Shown here in pieces: positions 12,198-23,999 of a stretch of 64,000 bases of DNA (position 1 is its first letter; every line of letters starts with the position of its first letter). The position numbers and the translations under genes are program-made. The notes beneath the pieces are model-generated. The model was not told where the DNA came from and did no database searches. It saw only the letters and a program-made list of their open reading frames with translations. The DNA lies in assembly GCA_964252035.1 (NCBI GenBank), contig OZ176204.1, one strand, 5' to 3'. This stretch comes from Podarcis erhardii (taxonomy: Eukaryota).

Positions 12198-14375
12198 TAT
12201 AGCAAAATTTTGGAAGAAGTGGAAAATGACCTTCTTTCTTAACTTATGTCTGCTGGATATGAGAGAAAGCAGTCTTCAAAGCAAGCAGGCCTATAGCAAG
12301 AGCCAGCCAACCTAAAGCACACACCATGAGTCTAGACCTGCAATTACAACTTGCTCACACACGAAATTCAGTATGCTGTACGTATTTATATTTTGCAGCC
12401 TGAAACGCTCTGGGAATAGGGTCAGTTAGCAACATTTCCCACAGCAATAATCTTAGAGGCAGGCAAGTGGCCAAAACTGCGAGCCTTACAAAAGTTCTCA
12501 GGACCACGTAAAGAGGCACCCAAGCTCTGCACATTAACAAAAGGGAGCCTTAAAGATACTAGGAATTAAATAGGAACTCATTGGGGTAGAGGGTTATTTG
12601 GATGGCTAGATGGACAGATGGGGAGATAGCTGTTACGGAGAGATGAAAAGAAAAGTAGTGTGGAGATGGATGTATGGGTGAATGGGCAGACAGATGGTTA
12701 AGAAAAGGGTACTGATTGGTTCTTATGAACCTGAGAAAGGCATCCAAGTTTGTTTCTGTTAAGAAATGCTTAATTAGACTAATTAAAGAGAAGAGAATTG
12801 ACATAAATACTATTTTTTTGTGAACTTGGAGTATGCAAATTTCTCCATCATTTGTCATTACTTGGAGTCTGCTCCCCCCCCCCACTCTTTCATGCGTGAT
12901 TTTAATAAAGCCCCATGTAGATTCTGAATGCACACTCCCATTCAAAGTTGGTGTATGGAGATACAGCTGCCTATAATAACACACTTTCCCCGTTATTCTC
13001 TGCTTAGGCAGTAACTCTTGCAGTTAGAAATATATTGCATTTTTAGGTCAGCGGCGGCACAAAAAAGAGAGGCCAGCAAAACTAAATTGTTAAGCATCAA
13101 TGACTGAGTCAGTGCCAAATCTGCACAATCTATTCTGCCTGTGCATTCCCATTAACCTCCCTTTAAATGCCTCTAGTGCTTGGCACCCCATTTCAACCTG
13201 CTTAAACAAGTGCTGAATGCTAACACCTTGCATCTAACTGCCAAATATTTATTTTATGTTTGTGGTCTTTCAAATATTGTTCGCATCCATAATGCACTGA
13301 AAGCAAATGCGCTTCAGTTGGATAATTACAGAGCATGTCTGAATACAATGCAAATATATCAACTCTTAATAATCATGGCTTTCTGGCAGAAATAGGAAAG
13401 GAGAGATGAGTGGATACACAGATGGGAAATAGAGTGACTGACAGGCAGGACAAAAAAGGAGCATAGGAAACAACACCTAACAGAATAATAAAGCAAGAGA
13501 AATTTACAGGAGGAGGATGGGCTGAGTAGAGTTGAATGGAGCTCTGGGGATTCAAAGCTGAGACAATAGACCAAAGGAGTGTTTGACCTGCTCTTGCCGA
13601 GGCCACCTTGAGGCCCCTCGCTGTCCAAGGAGAGGCAGCCACAGATGGGCAGAAGAGCAGATGGGCAGGTGGGCACATGTCAAAATGGAGGGAGAGAGGA
13701 GCAGCAAGCAGACATAACAGACAAAAGAGTATAGATACAAGTAGTCGGTTGGATTGGACTTGATTAGAGATAGAAACGACATCCAGGCACAAACCTAACA
13801 TGACATCCTGACAGAGTTCTTATTCCCTGGAGATGTGACGCTAAAATATTTACGCCAGGTTTCTGTTGCAAACTCTCCCAGCGGGTGGAGTTAACAAAGA
13901 CTTTCCATTTTACGTGTTTCATACAAAGCAGAAATTACCATTCCCTTTCTGTAACGAAACCAAACAGATTGTCATCTATTGTTGCCTTCTACTGTCAATT
14001 CTTCCCTTCATTAAGCTTTAGGCCAGGGTCACCACCTGGTTGCTGTCCCTTCCCCACCCTTCTTCTTAACCTCACATAGAGAACACAGGCACACGTGCTC
14101 ACACCCTTCACAGATCCACCACCATCTGGCAACCTACTCCACTTCCCCTATTTGTGCCCCCCTTTCCTTCCAATACAGGTCACATTCAGCAATATTTTTC
14201 TCTAGGATTTGTTCCTGGTAACTAAACACGACTCTGCAAGGGGAAAAAAGAGATAAACTCCAAAGACAATTAAGCGCCTTTCTATGTATCGTTGCTGTTG
14301 TTGGTTAGTGCAATGTTTCCCAAATTTTCCAACTGTGGTCTCCTTCTGACCTTGTTTCCTTCCTGTGGCCCCCCC

Positions 14376-14500
14376 CCAGGCATAGCCAAGGGGGGCAGTG
14401 GGTCAGATGCCCCCCAATAAGTAACAGATCAATACATATCTGAGGCTCTGTCCCCCCAGCAAAAGCCTGCCCCCGTAACAAAAATCCTGGCTACGCCTAT
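14376..14500. mobile_element. Small hAT-type MITE, nested
   Basis: caggcatagccaagg ... cctggctacgcctatg inverted termini. Confidence 0.7.
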
Positions 14501-14655
14501 GTCGTCGTCCCCGTCCTACCAGTAGAAAGGTAGCTATTTAAATGTATTCTTTTCTTTGTAAATAGAACATGTTTTGTTTATCATTTTTATAATTTATACA
14601 GAATACAATTCATAAAATGATTGGAACATAATGAAATATTGTTGAAGCAGAAAAA

Positions 14656-14960
14656 CATAGAATCATGGAGCTGGAAGGGACCCCATGGGTCATCTGTCTA
14701 GTGCAGTGTTTCTCAACCTGTGGGTCCCCAGATGTTGTTGGACTACAACTCCCATCATTCCTAGCCAGCATGACTAGTGGTCAGGGATGATGGGAGTTGT
14801 AGTCCAACAACATCTGGAGACCCACAGGTTGAGAACCGCTGGTCTAGTGCAACCCCCTGCAATGTAGGAAAATCAGCTAAAGCATCCATGACAGATGGCC
14901 ATCCAACCTCTTACAAACCTCCAAGGAAGGAGAGTCCAGAACCTCCCAAGGCAGATCCAT
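14656..14960 (-). mobile_element. CR1 LINE 3' end, inverted, interrupted by a MITE
   Basis: catagaatcatggagctggaagggacc is the reverse complement of the CR1 tail; it continues caaccccctgcaatg...gatggccatccaacc after the MITE. Confidence 0.75.
14704..14841. mobile_element. Hairpin hAT-type MITE, 138 bp, intact
   Basis: Near-perfect palindrome cagtgtttctcaacctgtgggtc...gacccacaggttgagaaccgctg; perfect 8-bp TSD gtctagtg at 14696-14703 and 14842-14849. Confidence 0.92.
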
Positions 14961-15699
14961 CTGCCACTTCCCTCTGTGGCCCCCTAGCCTCGTGCTGTGC
15001 CCCCCTCCATTTATGTGATTTTCACCTGCAGCCCCTTTGGAATATCCTGCCCCCCCAATGGGGCCATATGGCCCCCTGGTTGCAAAACACTGGTTTAGTG
15101 CACCATCTGCACAGTCGTTACTCGGCTAAAAAGTGGATCCAGATTACAACTTCCCTCAAGGTAGTGCTCCCACTGTCGGAATCATGACACCACCACTCAA
15201 ATTGCAGTATCATGCCATTTGGGAAGATGGGATTCTTCCAACAGTTGGTACTTCCTTTGTGGTTGTGAACACAGAAAGTAATGTGACTGTGAGAGTGACT
15301 TGGACAGCACGGGAGGCCCTGATGGTGGTGCCACCAGTGCTTCTGCCACCTCCCGCCATGCGCCAACCATCGTTAGTAAGCACACCAGATGGTAGCAATG
15401 GAGTTGGGGAGTACTGAATGGCACTATGCTCTCAAACAGTAACAGCTATGCCATTGTTTTATCCAGTTACAAGAAACCCTGGCTGCAGGTATGACCCAGA
15501 ACCATTTAAAAAGGGTGGAGGTCAGAAGGGCAAGTGGCAAAAGCAACATATATTTATGGAACCCGGCTGCAAAACTTGAACAATGTCAAATCAATGATGG
15601 CAGAGGAAATGCAGTATCTGAAAGCAATCTAGATTTTCTTCTCTGCGCATATCAAGAAAACCAGACATGAGGTCTCTGAGCTGCTGTTGTGGCACTTAC

Positions 15700-16035
15700 C
15701 AGCTTGGTTGGTGGTGATGTTCACAGAGACATGCTGTGGTGGGAATGGGCTTTTGTTGGAAACTCCATTGACAGCCTGGATCTCAAAGGTATATGGCGTA
15801 TGGGCCCACAGGTTGCTGATAAAGACCCGGGTTTCCGTGAGGCCCAGCTGCCTTGGCACAAACTCCACATTGTCATCACAGCGGGAGCAGCTACGGCGGT
15901 CCGACCGACACTTCTTGCAGACAATGTTGTAGGTCACATCATCACGACCTCCCGTCTCCCGGGGTGGGTGCCATTCTAGTATAATTGACGTTTCGTTGAC
16001 AATAGAGATCACGTTGCGAGGCCCTGAAGGAACAC
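15700..16035 (-). CDS. EPHB1: EPHB1 coding exon (exon 5 by recalled human numbering), first fibronectin type III domain
   Basis: 336 nt. Acceptor tttttaacag (AG at 16037-16036); donor GTAAG at 15699-15695. Translation (S)VPSGPRNVISIVNETSIILEWHPPRETGGRDDVTYNIVCKKCRSDRRSCSRCDDNVEFVPRQLGLTETRVFISNLWAHTPYTFEIQAVNGVSNKSPFPPQHVSVNITTNQA is close to EphB1 as recalled. It joins the upstream exon in frame (A|GT = Ser). Confidence 0.97.
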
Positions 16036-19000
16036 CTGTTAAAAAGCAATTTGCAGATAAAGGCTATGCAACTAAATGCCTGATCGTGGTACAATGTATA
16101 CTTTTGCTAAGATGTAGAGATTAGTGAATTTGGACTCACCAGAGCTAGATAAATGCATGCCTCATGATTTTCCATTGTGGGGCTTTCGTTGAGGACCCTT
16201 AGACCAAGAAGGCTCTCCACCCCACTTCTAATGATCTTGAACATCTCCCCCCACAACATGGCATGAACTTGTTAATCATTTTAGGACTCTTTGTTGTGGG
16301 AAATGATACATGAATTCAATAAACCTTACCGAACCTCTCTCTCCCCCACCCCCAAATCCTCCGATTGGCATGTTGGGCTCACACAGAACCTCCCCGATTA
16401 CTTTAAATGTAGAACAATATCCCTTCAGTCAGATTACTTTGTAATGATCCCTATTTTGTAGTGTCGCTTGGCTCAGATACCAAACTAACACATTTGGAAG
16501 TTTCTTCCTGCTTGGTTAGGCTAATGTGTGGAGTAGATAGAGTAGTGGGAAAGTTGTGTCTCTTTTTGGTTAATTCTTGTTTGCTCTTCAGACCACCTTC
16601 ATCTTCTCTTCTCTGCTTAGGTTATGCTTTAGTCTCTATTATTTAAATTGCTGCTGGGGTTAAGATAGATGGCCTTTTGTCCCTTCCACAGCATTTCTAC
16701 CAAATTATAGCACTCAGCTGTCCTGCTCTGTAAAAGGAATCTTACATGTGGCTCTATTTTTAAAGCTGTCACACTTTCCCTCCTTAGTATTATGAGTCCC
16801 ACCAGTTCACTAAAGATTTATGGGCTGTTGGACTTGGCCATAGTTGCCAGAGGCTATCAAGTCACACAGCACAGTCCTCTCAGCTCTATGAGGTCCTTGA
16901 TTTGTTTTAATGGTCCATCTGACAACCAGCTTCCAGCTCAGATCTCTCGAGTCCCCAAATATTGCTGACTTCACCCATATAAATCCTGCTTTATATACAC
17001 ACACAGGGCTGGCCAGGATGAGGCTCATGAGCCACATAAGTTACTCTGGCAGCAAATATTCAAGAAACTGGATAGAAAATAGTCACAATACCCTTTCTAA
17101 AGAGAGAAAGGAGAGTGTGTACTTAGAGTTCAAGAGTTTTCTCCTTCCCCAACTCTGCTCCCAGTCACATACTGGAGCTGAGGCTATACCAAAAGACAAA
17201 CAGTGGCATGCTCCAAAATGTGAGAAGGCTAACAGCAGCAAGATCTGTCACTGGATCAGTTGGTAAGAACGGGACAAAAGGATAAAGAAAGATGGAGCTG
17301 TGGAATGGCTGTTGGTCGGTGAGTGGGTGAAACCCACGTCTCCTTCTATAGTCTTTATAAATGCCTAGTGCTCCACTCAGACAACACAAACCAGAAGCAC
17401 ATATTGTATCCCTGCAAATAAGGTGTCTCTGGTCGTTTGTCCCTTATTTGACATGCACTGTTCCTCATTTCAATGTGGGAGAAGGTGCTATAAGACTATG
17501 AGGAGCAAATCAGAGACAGGTATTGAAAGATTTGGTTCAGGCAATTCACAACGGGGCCTCGGCTGGTATAATGTCCACTCTTTGCCCACGCCAACCATCT
17601 AGCAGAGTAATACAAGGCAGCCTTTAATTTCTGACATTTCCAAGCACTGCTTCCCTCCACCCCCATTTCCAAATCTTGGTCCTGACATTTTGTGAACTGA
17701 AAAAATCTGGTCTACTTCCATTGCAACATCAACCCATACTCATTGAAGCTGAGTTGATGGTACCACAAAGTTGCAATGAGAATTCAAGCTACAAGTTTAT
17801 ACATCTGGAAATCTACACACAACCACATGCTATTGAACACTCACATTTGGCGGGTGGGAGAACAGAGGTGACACAGTATTTTATTTTAAGAATTCCTTGA
17901 AAGTTACAGTTAGGGCTCAGAAAAGCACACATGATATAAAAACAGACAGACTAGCAGAAAATGTCAGAAGCAAAGAGCAGTTATTAATGGTTCAATATGT
18001 CAGGCTGAAAGGATGGGTATTTAGTGGGGTCCTACAAGGGTCTCCTTCTGTGTCTGCTCTTTATGCAGTTATTATTTATTAGCAACTTGGACGCCACAGT
18101 TCAGAGTACGTATATCAAAACTGCAGGCAGCACCATTCTGAGAAGGAGAATGGTGGCTTTGCAGGGGCGGGGGAATTAAGTGCAACTCTGTTTTTATACG
18201 TTGAGGAAATGGGGTTGGAATCAATTAATGGAGATTCAATAAGAACAAATACAGTGTGGAAAGAGTAATCAAAGACACACATATATAACAGGGGAATGCT
18301 GATCAGGCAGTTGTGCCACAGAGAAAACTCTCTGGGCTGTAAGAAATGACAAATAAAATGAGTCAACACTGTGGCCATGCTGCAGGCAAAGCAAACAGCA
18401 TAATGGGCCAAGCTCTATTAAACAAACACTGTAATTATTCAGTCTGATCAGTGCTACTATTTTCTAAACCAGATAACTGAATTCAGACTTGGGGAGACTT
18501 GCCACAAAAATTATCATAACAAAAACTGGAACTTAATGTTGGAGTTCTAACAATTCATGCTTTGGGCAAGCCCTGGACAAGGAAGTTTCATGGTTGTCAT
18601 GATTATATCTACGAGCGTTACACATTATTGCAACATCCATATTTATTTTCAAACTCAAAGCTCAACACCACTGATATTCCTATAATATTTTAATTCACTT
18701 TGGCCAAATCATCTCCCAGAAATTGCACAAAATCCTGTGATATCACTTTTTCCTGCCAATGTAGCATTTGCTTCTGTGTGAATGCTTTTGTTCCATCCAC
18801 TCATGCAGTTGGACTTCACCTTCTCCTCTCTTTGTGTGCCCCAAAAATCTGTTCTGGAGGGTCCCCTCTCTCTGGGGCAGTTTGGGAGGGTCCATGGGTA
18901 GCTGCAGAGGAGCGGAGAGGAGAGGGAAAGCTGTGGTGTGAGGAGAATGGTAGCTTTGGCTACATCCTTCTCTGTTCACTTGTGCAGTATATTATGATTC

Positions 19001-19719
19001 TGAGTGAAAAGACATTCATGTGAATGACTTGTTTGCACAAATGAGAAACTGCAGACCTCACAATTCACTGCACAACAAGTGCAATGCATGCGCAAAATAA
19101 AAATGGGGTTTTGCATTAATCTGTCCAATCAAAAACTAATTTATGGAATAGTAGTAGCTGAATGATTTCCTAAGGAAATCACTTTGGCAGGGTGGAAATG
19201 GTTAGGGAGGATGGAGCTGATAATAAAAATTATCTTGTAAGATTAACACCGTAGGATTGAGGCCCTACTTAACAATAACAAAAGGGGAGGGGACTTCAGA
19301 GATGTACAGAAAACAATTTATTCTCCAATGCATTTTGAGTGTTGCACTTTTCCTCAAGAGCAAATCTGATTCAGTTTTTTCAGAAAGCAATCAAGATTTT
19401 CTTCTATACATTTTTGAAGACTCTTTCTGTTCTGCTCCTGCATCTGGTGTCCTTCCATGCCTGTGGAATTGCAGACACTGTGAGAAATGTGTAAGCATGT
19501 AATGCAGCAGAAGCGGAAGCTGGGATTGCAACTTAAAAGAGCCACACTTGCTGAAAATGAAGCTGACCCACTATCAGGTGAGAAAAATATTTTTTTGTAG
19601 GAGGTTATGAGAAATACGTATTGAAAATGGCAAGTGCAAACTCACATAGTCCAAGCTAATCAAAATATGATGCATCTGCACACATCTTTTACCCTTTTTC
19701 ATCAACACTCCATCACTGT

Positions 19720-20060
19720 ACCCAAACAATGCTTGAGGATCTCTATAGCCTCCTTAGCATCAGTTGAAAAAGAAAGATAAGAGTTGGGTGTCATCAATAT
19801 ATTGATCACAGCTGAACACAAAATCCCAGGTGACCTCTCCAATGAATGTTTTGTAGTTATTAAATAACAAGGGGGTCAAGACTGACCACCTTCTTGGAAA
19901 GTCCAACCATACAGAGCCACTGCAACATGTCTCCCAAACCCACACCAGCCAGATGTCCTCAAAAGACACTACGGTCAATCATATTGAAGGTTGCCAACAG
20001 GTGCAAAAGAACTAATATGGATATAGTTAGAAAGTAGTTAGCTTCAATCCTCTAAGCATC
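19720..20060 (-). mobile_element. L2 LINE reverse transcriptase remnant
   Basis: ORF 19760-19978 gives SVLTPLLFNNY...CDQYIDDTQL, a degenerate version of S.LSP.LFN.Y and YADDTQL. Confidence 0.75.
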
Positions 20061-23000
20061 TTTTACTGATCCTCAGGTTGGACGAGCTGAAATTTATCTA
20101 TCCAAATAGTCCAAACAGATATCTCAGCCGCAGCCATAGATCCTGCAAGGGACTTTACTAGCAAAGTGGTTTGCAAACTGGCCCCAGCCATCTACCAAGC
20201 GTTCCTCTACATTACTTTGGGGACTAGCACTTGGAAGTGCTTGGAACTGCTGTGCTGTGCTGACAGGATGGTGGTGGAAAAGTACACTGATCAGGGGTTA
20301 CCATTTAGAGGCTGGCATTTCAGCACCCCACTTAGCAGGAAATGAATCCAGGGAAGTTCTGCTGAATCTGTCACAACCTACCTCTGCTCAAGCCCTTGAG
20401 GAGTTTTCAGCTGCTGTCCCCATTCCAAACTACCGGCTTCCTTTCTCTCTCTCTTTCTCTCTCCCTCCTTTTCTTCATAATTACATTCAGAGAGGCACTT
20501 TGAGAGAGAGCTTCTCTGATCTGTTACTATGGTTACTGCAGATGAAAGCATTTTGTTAAAATTGCTAGAAAAATGCTATCCTTTAACGAAAATTCCATTT
20601 CATTTAATTTTTTCCCGTCAGCACAGTTAAAGTATTTGTCATGAGCCATCTAGCAGCAAAGACTTTGCTGTGTACACAGTGGAAATGTGATGTGCTGAAT
20701 GTGATGTACTGAAGTGATGCTGCACTTCAAAGTGTTCCCTTCTGTGGGTCATCAATATATAGGGATACACACAAAATGCAAGGCCATTCTGGTTGCATTC
20801 TAATTGTTTTACCCTAGGTCAATGAGTTCACATTTCATCAATACATAAACAAACATGAAGGTTCTGTCAAAATATAGCCAAGCTCTCTATTTCTTCCATC
20901 ATTTTTCTTGCCATCTCCAATTCTTCCCTCTCAACCTTAATGCGATTCTACTCCTGCTTTCCTAAAATTGCTGCTTCAGTAAGCCACACTTTGTAGCAAT
21001 GTCTATTATCCATGATAGAATAGGGTGCCACAATTCTCACTGGCACATCTTGTCTTGTCACTTCTAAAAGACCTACACTGGTTAGCTGTCCAGTTCTGAG
21101 TCCAATTCAAGGTGCTGCTCAAACCTTTAACAACTTGGAACCCAAGTAATTGAAGATGTACACCTTATCCGTTATTTGAGATCACCTGCCAAAGCACTTC
21201 TCTATACGCCGCCTTGTCCATCTGAGGTGAGATTGACATCAATGATGATGATGAAGGCTGACTAGGATGAAGGCCCAGGGAAGTGTTAAGCCAGTCCCAT
21301 CTCCCAGTGGCCCAAAATCTGTCAGGCTCCCTTCACCCCACAAATTTGCCCTGATTCTGTAGGCAATGGATAGAAAGCAACTTGAAACCCTCTGCCACCT
21401 CCTCTCAAAATTGAGCTCCCTACCCAATATATATAAGGGTATGTAGGTAGACTTTGCCTTCCCACAGATTAATAATGACTTTCTCTTAAGCCACTTTTGC
21501 CCCAACCACCCAACTCATCAAAACCATTTAGGGTGCATACATTGGCCTTGTACTAATAAATATTGTAAGTAAATAAAATTATATTCTGCCTCAATTGCTT
21601 TTAAGCTCCCCCACCCCCAGTATCCACTCTCCTTGTCTCCAGGATTTTGTGACATCATAGCCAGGTTAGTTAATGGCTGGGGGTGGGAATCTGGCTGGGC
21701 CATATCACTTTCTGCTGCAACATTACAGGTTGCATCTTGAAAGCTTGATGGTACATAACACTTGCCTCTGTTGCCTGGTTTCAGAGATTTGATCTGAGAC
21801 AGAGTTATTAAAAGTGCTCAGTCACAGAGCAGAACCTTTTATCAGCTTGTTTGAGGGGTTAGTGGCAGACGTTTTGAGCAATAGACGTTATAGCTCCATT
21901 GCCTTCCTTAACTTAACCTGGGGTATAAAATCCGAGGGTAGATATATTGTACCTCTGATAATGGTCAGTAAGCTGAGATTTCCCACCTAATAAAAAGCAA
22001 TCAAACCATGTATCTTTTACAAGGAATCTGCTCATGCTGTTGTAAGGTACAGCCAGGCTCCAACTGTGAACCCTGTGGAGCTGGAACTGGCTGCCTGCAT
22101 TCTGTACCAATGAGACTGCTGGTACTGAACTTGTGGGTCAGACAAGCCTGGGTAAAAAAATATGTCTATACAAGAGAGAGAGAACCTTTTGGCGCACCAC
22201 TCTATGGGTCAACTTTGACAAGGGGTGGGGCAACCCACTTGTCAATCACATGACATCATTATCACATGACACAATGGACAGGTAGGTTTTCCCAGACAAC
22301 TGTCAAAACCCAGACATGGGATGCAGAATGGGGAGGTGTGTGAAAGGAGCAGGAAAGGAGCTCTGTGGGACAGTTCCAAAGATCAGCACCCTCCTTGAGC
22401 AAGGGGTGTTCCCACCTACTACCAGCTGATTGGAGGTTTGGGTCGTGCCTTGCTCCAGGAAAGGAAGAATCAGGAGCCCAGCTTTAGTGTTGTTGTTTTT
22501 TGCAGCTTCGCTCTTACTGGCTGTACACAGCTGACATCATATATGACATCGGGTGCAGGGTGGGTGAACATGGCATCCCCTGATGACCTCAGTGGGGTGG
22601 CCTGGCAACCTAAGTTTCACCTTCTGGTCAGAGGTTTTCCATCCTGAGCTATAAAATATGCATGAAGTAACTGGTGGTTGCTGCTTCACATACAACAAAT
22701 GGAAAGGCATTACATAGAAAAGAGCAACAGGAGAAAATGCCTATTTGGGGGTCATCACCCTAAGATGAAGTGAGGTACCATGAATAGATTTTTTTCAGAT
22801 GTTCTAAGTATAGATCATTTGGTAAGAATCATGCCCCCCCCCTTACATTGAGATGTACTGTACATCTATTTAAATTAAAGCCATTAGGTTTTTTTTTTAA
22901 AAAAATTGCACCTATGCATATAAATAAGCAGATGCAAAAGTAATGCAGATCTGTGTCTCCTTTTGCTCTCTTTTTGGGAATACATTTCCCCTTTTTCATT

Positions 23001-23848
23001 TCTCTGTAAATGGCCGCACGAGCATCCCATAAAATTCTTCCCCATCATCTGCTTCTGAATCACTTTACTTGCCTTCAGCCTTCACTTTGGCCTTAAGTCA
23101 TCAGTTTGTAAGTTTGTCTCTCCCACCCCCCACCCCCCACCCCGCCTGAGGCATTTGCCCATCCTTTGGGGCTGGCAGTTAAAAATGAGACAGATGGGGA
23201 AATGTCCACAGGATTGGACTCATGCCTGGTAAATGGAGGAAAGGCAGAGGGGGCTTAATCACTATGCTTTCTAAATCCATCTCCCTTAAACCCTTTAAAC
23301 TATCTACCAAAAAGGAACAACTGCATATCAATACAACCCAAAGCAAATTTCACTACTGGAATTATAAAGCCCTGGGCGGGGAAGGTGATTTATAGTGGAG
23401 TTCTTGACACTATCTATCTTGTCTGCAGCAGGCATGCCTGGAACCACAGAAAAAGTAACAAATACATCTGATTTTACCAGAGGGATCTTGCAGCAGACTG
23501 TCATCATCCCCACCCCCCAATCTCCTGTTCTTTGTCAACTCTTGATTTACTGGTGGAATGCTGTCCAGCATATGTCAGCACTACAGTTAAAGCACAGCCA
23601 GGGAGGAAGAGGGCAGTCATCTCACAGAACTGCTTGAACCCTTTGGAGAAGCATTTTACCATATTTAACCCAGGTGGAATCATGTCCTTGAAGCATGTTA
23701 AGACTCAGCCCCAGGATCTGTTTTCAATCCCATGTCTCAGCTCTGAAACATTTGAAGTTACATTTAAAATGCATCAGAGCACAGGCATAAAGCATTACAC
23801 AGTAAGCAAAACCTACTCCAAACACTCACCCCTCCCCACCCCCACCCC

Positions 23849-23852
<4 letters not shown>

Positions 23853-23922
<70 letters not shown>
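23853..23922. repeat. Compound (CT)n(CA)n microsatellite
   Basis: Direct reading of the sequence. Confidence 0.98.
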
Positions 23923-23926
<4 letters not shown>

Positions 23927-23999
23927 AAATAAGCAGAATTGGTTCCCAGATCAGAAACTGAAGCTTTCAGGCACATTTTAACCCTGCATTTTTAAGATA

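Larger units (their letters stand above)
14311..15092. mobile_element. Outer hAT (Charlie-like) non-autonomous element hosting nested insertions
   Basis: Termini caatgtttcccaaa / ttgcaaaacactg; 8-bp TSD ggttagtg (14303-14310) versus gtttagtg (15093-15100). Confidence 0.6.

Noticed and set aside
15196-15240. This FN3-like motif as the genuine next EPHB1 exon
   Set aside because: Far more diverged than the neighbouring exons and lacks proper splice sites; kept only as a remnant hypothesis.
15687-15979. Antisense and alternative-frame ORFs over the FN3 exon
   Set aside because: Shadows of a GC-rich coding exon.
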